54,699 bases of DNA from NCBI GenBank assembly GCA_024679065.1, contig JAGIQG010000209.1:1-54699 (forward strand). Direction: 5' to 3'. A program made the translations under genes and the position numbers. Origin of the DNA: Sphyrna mokarran (Eukaryota). This document shows, in pieces, positions 47,471 through 54,699 of this stretch. Every line of letters begins with the position of its first letter. The stretch's first letter is position 1. A model generated the notes under the pieces. That model was not told the DNA's origin. It made no database searches and saw only the letters and a list, made by a program, of their open reading frames with translations.

Positions 47471-49629
47471 TTGCATCCGTCTTTTACTTGTCCCTTTCTA
47501 CAAGAAGGTAGATGTACAAGATCAGGTGCTAGAAATTCCACAACAAGACTGATGCTTTTAAATGTTAAAGTTATCCATTTATTAGAAATGATACAAAAGT
47601 TACACACAGATTACATTACACCATGAACGTTAATTTTACAGAATATTTTCCAGCAAAGATTCTTCCCTGGTTAGACTCATAAATAAACATACCTTTAGGG
47701 TGCAGATCCTATAGCAACTTAATCTCTAAAATAAATCCAGTCATATTCCCACAAGCCATCCAGTGTTTATGTAAGGTCCCAGGGATTCTCAAACTCGCCC
47801 GTCCGTGGAAAGTACCAAACATATTGAAATCAATCATGTCTTTCTAAAATTATTATTATCAATATTACTAATAATAACCCATTATCTTAACATTGTTTAG
47901 TTGTTTGTTGAGATTCTTTGATATTTAGATTGACCGTTTAGTTCCTGTCCGTGACTGCAGTGGATCCGTTTGGAAATCTTAGATAATCCACTTAACTTCT
48001 AGCCTCCTTCTTGTCTTCATATCGGTCTTTGTTCAATGAAGAAAAGCGTTTTAAGTGTCTGGTTGTTCACCCCCGCTGATGCACATGTGTAGGAGTCAAA
48101 TCAGCCTCAAATCAGTTCAGTTGTTTAGCATGGAACATGAAACCGGTAGGTGAATCATAGGCAAATTGGGATGAATGTTGGTCATGAAATATTTCACATG
48201 AAAAACCATGCCATTAATATTTAAATCAGAATGTCATTTAAGAGAAGATACACCATTTGAATTGTTAAACCGGACACAGTCCGCCGATGGTCACATCCTT
48301 CGACATATGCAGACAAATCAAAGAACAAAAAGCAAAACAACACGGGAAACAGGCCCTTCGGTCCAACGAGCCTGCGCTGCCACTCCGATGTTCTCACCTC
48401 TACCCGTTTGGGATATTCAATAGAATTCGGAAAATGTGGAATTAAATTTCAGTTGATAACGGAAGTAATTGTAGTTACAGTCCAAAAACATATCCCGGTT
48501 ATACAGACTCCGAAACCGTGATCGGTCGTCATAAAGAAACATTTAGGGTATGAAATGGTCACTCTGCGGCCAGTCTTACATTGGCCACTTATGATTCCGG
48601 ACCTTTGAGATAGTTTTTATCTCACCCCATCTCGCTGTCCAGAAATTGTTGCCTATCCCTAGCGGCTCGAGAGCAGTTGAGACTCAACAACATTGCTATG
48701 TGTCTGGAGTCACATATAGGCCAGAACTGATAAGGGGAGCAGATTTCCTTCGTTAAAGGGTACTAAGGAAGTTTGGCGGTATTACCTGATAATAGACAAT
48801 GGTTTCATGGTCATCATAGACTTTGAATTCCAGATACCTTCTATTGACTGAATATACCTCCAGCTATCGTGGCGGGATTAGAACCAGGGTCACCAGAACA
48901 GCAGTTGACTGTTTGGATTAATAGTCCAGCGATAATGCTACTCAGCCATCGCTTCTCCTTTAAAATGAAGAGATTTGTAGAATGAATTTGTAGATTGGCT
49001 TCTGACCTCTGGGAACTGTGTCTGAACTGTCCTGCATAAGTGCATGACGTAGAATGAAAATGAAGCGAGCCAGTCGCCCCTGTAACGGACGGTTTGGTGT
49101 GGCAGCAAAGAGGCGCATTGCCTCTGTCCACGGCTCCTTGCTTCCACCCACACAAGGACGGCTCGCATGTTCTGCAGTGTGCAGAGGATATCGAGAGGCG
49201 CAAATCACTAGCCAAGATTCTATCCACTTTAAACCACTGATGGAAAATTATTCGAGCCAGAAACTCTCAGTGGTTGGCTTGTTTTTACAATTGAGACGGT
49301 GCACGCAGAGAGCTGCCTGGGGATGACACATCTTGCCTCTCAGCTTGAAACTGGAAGCAGCAGACTGCCTGCCACCAGCTTTGATAAAATGAACAAAGGC
49401 CAAGCTATTGCATGAATGACCTTATGTACAATGTCCTCATGAATGCGCGACTAACTCCATGTGTTTCTTCAAGGCCCAACTTGGAAGACAAGTCAAAGAT
49501 ATCCAGACTTACTCACAAAAACGTATTTTTGAAGATATTGGTAAACCTATTCAAGTTTAAAGTTAATTTATTAGTCTTAGTAGTAAAGTTTATATTAATA
49601 CTGCAAACAACTTACTGCGAAATTTGAAA

Positions 49630-49860
49630 TCCCTCCCTCCCCCACCCCGCTACCACCACAGCCGGGCACCTGTTCAGGTCGATGCACCGAATTAGTATAT
49701 CTTTCAGTATGTGAAAGGAAATTAGAGCATCCGGAGGAAACCCTCGCAGACAAAGGGAGAACGTGTACATTCCATAAAGACAGTGAGGAAAACCGAGAAT
49801 CAAACAAAGGTGCCTGATGCTGTGAAGCATCAGTGCTAATCACTGTGCCACCGTACCGCC
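49630..49860 (-). mobile_element. V-SINE-like SINE
   Basis: CACTGTGCCACCGTACCGCC = reverse of the tRNA-like head. Confidence 0.75.
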
Positions 49861-49869
49861 CCAGTTTTT

Positions 49870-51110
49870 GGACTGAAGTGAGGAGTAATTTCCTCACCCA
49901 GAGAGTGTTGAATGTGTAGAACTCACTATCACATAAAGTAGCTGAGACCAAATCGTTATGTGATTTAAAAAAAAATCTAGAGTGTTGTGTACAATTCTGG
50001 TTGCCTTATTTGAGGGAAGCATGTCCTTGCTTTACAGGAAGAACAGCGAAGGTGGACCAGGTTGATTCCTGAGATAACAGGTCTGTCAAGTGGGGAGAGA
50101 CTAAGTCGGTTTGGATTGAATTCTTCAGAGTTTAGGAGAGTAAGAGGGGGTCTCGTTGTAACATAGAAAGTTCCATCAGGTAAACTTTTTAGAACTGAGA
50201 TGGAGAGGGATGTCTTCACCCAGGTAGTGAAACTCACTACCACAGACTGTTGTTGAGGCCAAAAACTTTTGTGATTTCAAAATGGAGTTCGAGGAATTAG
50301 AAGAAATAGCTTTTAGGTCAAAAGAGGAATATGAGGGGAAAGGGGGAATTCGGGACATTGAATTGGATGATCAGCCTTGACCAAAATGAACGGCCGAACA
50401 GGTTCAAAATGCCAAATGGCCACTTCTTGCTTATATTGCCGATGTTTCTATAACAATAACTGTAAAAACAAAGCCTTTTTTTCAGAATGGTTCATCGTAT
50501 ATACTTGTACATTCAATTTATATTCCTGTCATTCACTTTGCAAATCCAAACCTTCTTGGCCCTGAAGGACAAAGAGAAGGACAAAGAGATGGTGTACACC
50601 ATCGCCATCAACTCCCCTCCCAATCAGACGCAATATATTTGAAACCTATTGCCGTTACTTCACTGCGGCGTGGTCAAATTGATGGTCCTCGCTCCTATTT
50701 AGCACTGTTGATGTAGCACAAGGAGAACCACACAGAAGATGCAGAAGCTGTTTTCAATGGGGCATTGAAGACTGAGGGGAGACCTGATAGACGTCTATAA
50801 AAATTATAATAGTCATGAATAGAGTTGGCACTCAAAATAATTTTTCTCAGATTTGAGATGTCAAATACTTAAGGTGAGAGAGGGAAAGTTCAAAGGAGGT
50901 GCGAGGAGTAAATTGTTTACACGGCGAGTAATAGTTGTCCAGAACGCGCTGTCTGGGGTGGTGTTGGAGGTAGGTCTGAAAGTGGCGTTTAAGGGGCTTT
51001 TAGATAATGGTATGAATATTCAAGAAACAGAGGATATGGACGAAGGTAAGACAAAAGGGATTACTTTAACTCCTGTCATGTCCAGCACAACATCGAAGTG
51101 TTTTACACTT
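49870..51110 (+). mobile_element. Several degenerate CR1 3' fragments
   Basis: CTAGAGTGTTGTGTACAATTCTGG..; GAGGGGAGACCTGATAGAC.. Confidence 0.6.
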
Positions 51111-51517
51111 CTATAATATATAATTCTATACTATAATATTTTACAAGGACAACTCAATCGGATGATATAGCTGGTTAATACATATTGCCGAGCAATAAGT
51201 CCATAAGATAAAAGAACTTAATTACGTCATTCTGCCCATCGGGTCTGCTCTGCCATTCGGTCATGGCTGATATGTTTCTCAACCCCACTCTCCCGCCTTT
51301 TCCTCTACACTTTTGAACCACTTGCCAATCTATCTCTTGTCCAAAGCCTACTTATCACTGTTTTAAATACGCTCAATGACTTGGCCTTCACGGCCTTTTG
51401 TGGCAATGAATTCCACAGATTAATGTCTCTCTTTCTGTGTGAATCCCTTCTCAGTGCGAAAGGGTCAACTCTTTACTCTGAGTCTGTGCACTCAGAGCCG
51501 AGTCTCTCCAACTAATG

Positions 51518-51860
51518 GATGGTGGCACAGCTTTTAGCACGGCTACTTCACTGCACTTAGGGACTCGGATTCAATTCCAGTCTTGGGTGACTGTGTTGAG
51601 TTTGCACATTCTCGCAGTGTCTGCATGGGATTTCTGTCGTTGCTCCAGTTTCCTCCAACAATCCAAAGTTGTACGGGTTTGTTGGATTAGCCATGCTAAA
51701 TTGTCCCTTAGTGTCGGGGAGGGGGGAGTGAAGGGGAGAGGTGGAGGGGGGAGGGGGGCTAAGAGTGTAAGATACGTTACGGATATATTGCCTGGCTGGT
51801 GTCATTGTCAGTGCAACCTCGAACGGCTAAAATGGCCTCCTCCTGGACTGTAGTGCTTCT
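51518..51860 (+). mobile_element. V-SINE-like SINE
   Basis: GGTGGCACAG..GATTCAATTCC..GCTAAATTGTCCCTTAGTGTC. Confidence 0.8.
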
Positions 51861-51898
51861 ATTCTATTATATTCTGAAGATCTTCTCCATGTCCACTT

Positions 51899-52462
51899 TA
51901 GAACATAGAACATAGAACATAGAACATTACAGCACAGAACAGGCCCTTCGGCCTTCGATGTTGTGCCGACCAAAATAAAAAGCAATGCCCCTCCAAACTA
52001 AACCATTCCCTTCTCTTCCATATACTTATCAACTAACCTCTTAAACGCCACCAAACTTGGCGCATCTACAACAGCTGCAGGCAGGGCATTCCACTCCCTA
52101 ATCACTCTTTGAGTAAAGAACCTACCTCTGATATCCGTCCTATAACTCATACCCCTTAATTTAAAGCTGTGTCCCCTCGTGCTAGCTTTCTCCATCCTAG
52201 GAAAAAGGCTATCACTGTCCACCCTATCTAAACCTCTAATCATCTTATATGCTTCAATAAGATCCCCTCTTAGCCGCCTCCTTTCTAACGAAAACAACCT
52301 CAAATCCTTCAACCTCTCTTCATAGGACCTGCCCTCCATACCAGGCAACATCCTGGTAAACCTCCTCTGTACCCTCTCCAATGCCTCCACATCTTTCTTA
52401 TAATGTGGGGACCAGAATTGCACACAATACTCCAAGTGCGGCCGCACTAGAGTTTTGTACAA
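51899..52462 (-). mobile_element. Young CR1 family A 3' fragment
   Basis: ORF 51998-52480 LYKTLVRPHLEYCVQFWSP..KGMV*; (AGAACAT)n tail. Confidence 0.95.
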
Positions 52463-52840
52463 CGCCCTCATCCTTCTCAACTAAGCCGCCGTATTGTATA
52501 TCCTGAGAATAAATTAGGCTGTAACTTACACATTCTGCACATATCAGCACAATGATTAGCTTGTGGTCCCCTCGGTATGTCAAACCAGTCAAGCTCTGTG
52601 TGAATGTTCTATCACTTGATCCTGCGACACGTAGGCGGCGATCACAGTGCGTCAAATGCATTCAGCAGCGCAACATCATCAGTACTATGTCACACTTTCC
52701 ATTGTCTCTTGTCACAGTTTCCACCCAATCATAAAGTGCAACAATTAACTGGGTCTGAGACCAGGTCAGTTCTCGGACCTCTCAGCAGAAATAAACTGGT
52801 GTGAGTGTGGAAACAGGGAGATATTGCTCATCTGTGCAAA

Positions 52841-52895
52841 ATGCCCCAGCAATCTTTATCCCTGATACTCATTCTCCATGCCTTATGGTCTCATG
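52841..52895 (+). CDS. Gene C exon 1: signal peptide
   Basis: AAAATG; MPQQSLSLILILHALWSH G|GTGAGT, phase 1. Confidence 0.7.
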
Positions 52896-52929
52896 GTGAG
52901 TATTTGCCAGGTGAGACACTGAAAATGGC

Positions 52930-53285
52930 AGCAGCCAAGTTAGTTTTTTAAGCATTAGTGCCACAAGTCGGCTTCCAGGGTAATTTCACATTCCAATGTT
53001 AGTGTAAGCCTCACTTGTGACTAGTAATCTTCACTTTTGCATCGACACTGCAATGAAGTTACTATGAAAAGACCCCAGTCGCCACACACCTGCGCCAGTA
53101 CGGTTACACAGAGGCAGAATTTAGCACGGCCAATGCACCGAACCAGCACTGCTTTCGGTGAGTGGGAGGAAACTCCCATGCAGGCACGGGGAGAACGTGC
53201 ACAGGCAGTGACCCAGGCCAGGAATTGAATCCGGGTCCCCAGCGCTGTGAACCAAAGGTGCCAAACACATGCCGCCCGGCTACAG
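52930..53285 (-). mobile_element. SINE in gene C intron 1
   Basis: GGGAGAACGTGCACA..GACCCAGGCCAGGAATTGAATCCGGGTCCC. Confidence 0.7.
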
Positions 53286-53471
53286 CACTACAAATACAAC
53301 TTAATTATCGGCACAAGGGATTTGCAGCTTCCACCTTTCAAGCGAAGAAAAAACAACTTGGGAAATGATCTGCAGAAGTATAATTGAAGATAATAATGAG
53401 ACTGTTCTTAATTTACAGCGTTTTTTTTTTCCAAAAGGCTACTTTCTATGTTGAAATATGTGGTAATGTTT

Positions 53472-53602
53472 GAATAATCTCTCTAGTTACAGATTCACAG
53501 TGACAGCCGAATTCGGCCAGGCGAATGGCTCGGGTTCCTACTACTGTGCTGATAAGGATAGCAATGCACCGCTCCAGAATGGACCCACACTACAAGTTGG
53601 TG
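53472..53602 (+). pseudogene. Gene C: truncated VJ exon (strands E-G only)
   Basis: SSYRFTVTAEFGQANGSGSYYCADKDSNAPLQNGPTLQVG G|GTAAGA; no strand-B Cys or WYxQ upstream. Confidence 0.75.
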
Positions 53603-53680
53603 GTAAGAGAGGAAGTGAAATGAATTTAGTTTGTGCACAGCAGTAACATTTGGTGTAAATATGTCCCAATTTCTGTCTAG

Positions 53681-54011
53681 ACAGTTCTACCAACAAGACG
53701 GCAGTGCAGGTATTTATCCCGCCGGATGAGCTGGATGTGAATGATACCGTCCCCTTGGTGTGTTTGGTCAATGGAGTTTCTTCCAACCAGATTGCTGTTT
53801 TCTGGAATATTTCCGGTTTAGTCGCTGAAGGATCGACTGATCCAGGGACAATGGAGGAGGACGGGACCTCCTCCCGTCAGGTGTAACGTCATGGTGTCGG
53901 GGGTAACGTGGAGAAGCGGCGCTATCTGTAATTGTATTGCTCAACTGGGGACTCCGAGGAAATATTGGACAAAAAGTGTTTCGTTTCCTAAGGCAACTGA
54001 AAATTGGAAAG
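53681..54011 (+). pseudogene. Gene C: C1-set exon with +1 frameshift near 53872-53875
   Basis: TCTGTCTAG| DSSTNKTAVQVFIPP..VPLVCLVNGVS..VFWNISG..TDPGTMEEDGTSS/(fs)VRCNVMVSGVTWRSGAICNCIAQ..ENWK G|GTGAGA; 331 nt; clearly homologous to the gene B C1. Confidence 0.88.
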
Positions 54012-54194
54012 GTGAGATGCTACTGTGTATTATGAAGGTTTCTATTCAACTTTAGAGATAAGTGGATTAGTTTAGTAGAACCAGGCCATCTTGGCATATG
54101 TGTGCGTGTGTGTATGTTTGTACGTGTGTGCGTGTTTGTATGTATAAACATATATGGGATTCTGACTATGCGTGTGTGCGTTTGTTTGTGTGTG

Positions 54195-54324
54195 NNNNNN
54201 NNNNNNNNNNNNNNNNNNNNNNNNNNNNNNNNNNNNNNNNNNNNNNNNNNNNNNNNNNNNNNNNNNNNNNNNNNNNNNNNNNNNNNNNNNNNNNNNNNNN
54301 NNNNNNNNNNNNNNNNNNNNNNNN
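54195..54324. other. Assembly gap (N run) following a (TG)n tract
   Basis: Run of n. Confidence 1.
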
Positions 54325-54699
54325 TCCCTGAGCATATGTGCATTTGATTTCATTTGAAGCATTATTTTTCATGCATTAGTATACAGTGAAATGTATAATT
54401 TCTTGTATGCTATTTTGACAAAGCATGACGTTCATACAGTTCACGGGGTGAATGAAAGGAGAGAGTACAGCATGTTGTTTTACACACAGTTAACGTTTAG
54501 AGAAAGATTAGCTTATTGCAAGATAGGTGCATTCAAAAGCCCGAAGGCAGCAAGAAAGAAGCAGTTTTTGAGTCTGTTCGTGGATATCTCAGACTTAGAC
54601 GTGTGTGTATTAATATATACCCGAACATCTGTGCATATGATTATATATCTGAACGTGTGAATGTAGATAAATATCGGAACTTGTGTGTGTATGTAGTTA

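Noticed and set aside
48938-49326. Overlapping ORFs in a GC-richer unique patch
   Set aside because: No recognisable domain or convincing splice sites; could be regulatory but unsupported
52700-52790. SQFPP match suggesting the missing N-terminal half of the gene C V domain
   Set aside because: Lies upstream of the gene C leader, with no Cys/Trp following; probably chance
53496-53502. CACAGTG as an RSS heptamer
   Set aside because: Lies upstream of YYC inside strand E, with no nonamer at 12- or 23-bp spacing

Overview
Eukaryotic, repeat-rich genomic DNA. The mix of CR1 LINEs, V-SINE/HE1-type SINEs and Rex1-like and Penelope-type fragments points to a cartilaginous fish, probably a shark (inference). 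The non-repeat content is a tandem cluster of non-rearranging, antigen-receptor-like Ig-superfamily genes on the + strand. Gene B (25410-~31248) looks intact. It has a leader exon, one exon encoding a germline-joined VJ domain (C..WYRQ..DSGMYYC..FGNG), a C1-set exon, an uncharged TM exon and cytoplasmic exons, giving about 344 aa with no RSS. Paralogous pieces surround it: the TM and cytoplasmic end of upstream gene A (2584-4374), a leader+V pseudogene (9121-~9540), a possible orphan TM exon (38215-38339), and gene C (52841-54011+), which has a truncated V and a frameshifted C1. Other points of note are a near-perfect 553-bp inverted repeat (40997-42331), a near-full-length CR1 whose 3' UTR carries a SINE core, a nested same-family CR1 insertion, a Penelope-type minimal hammerhead motif, and a possible divergent antisense transcript from the gene B promoter. 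All exon models were read by eye, with no database search.
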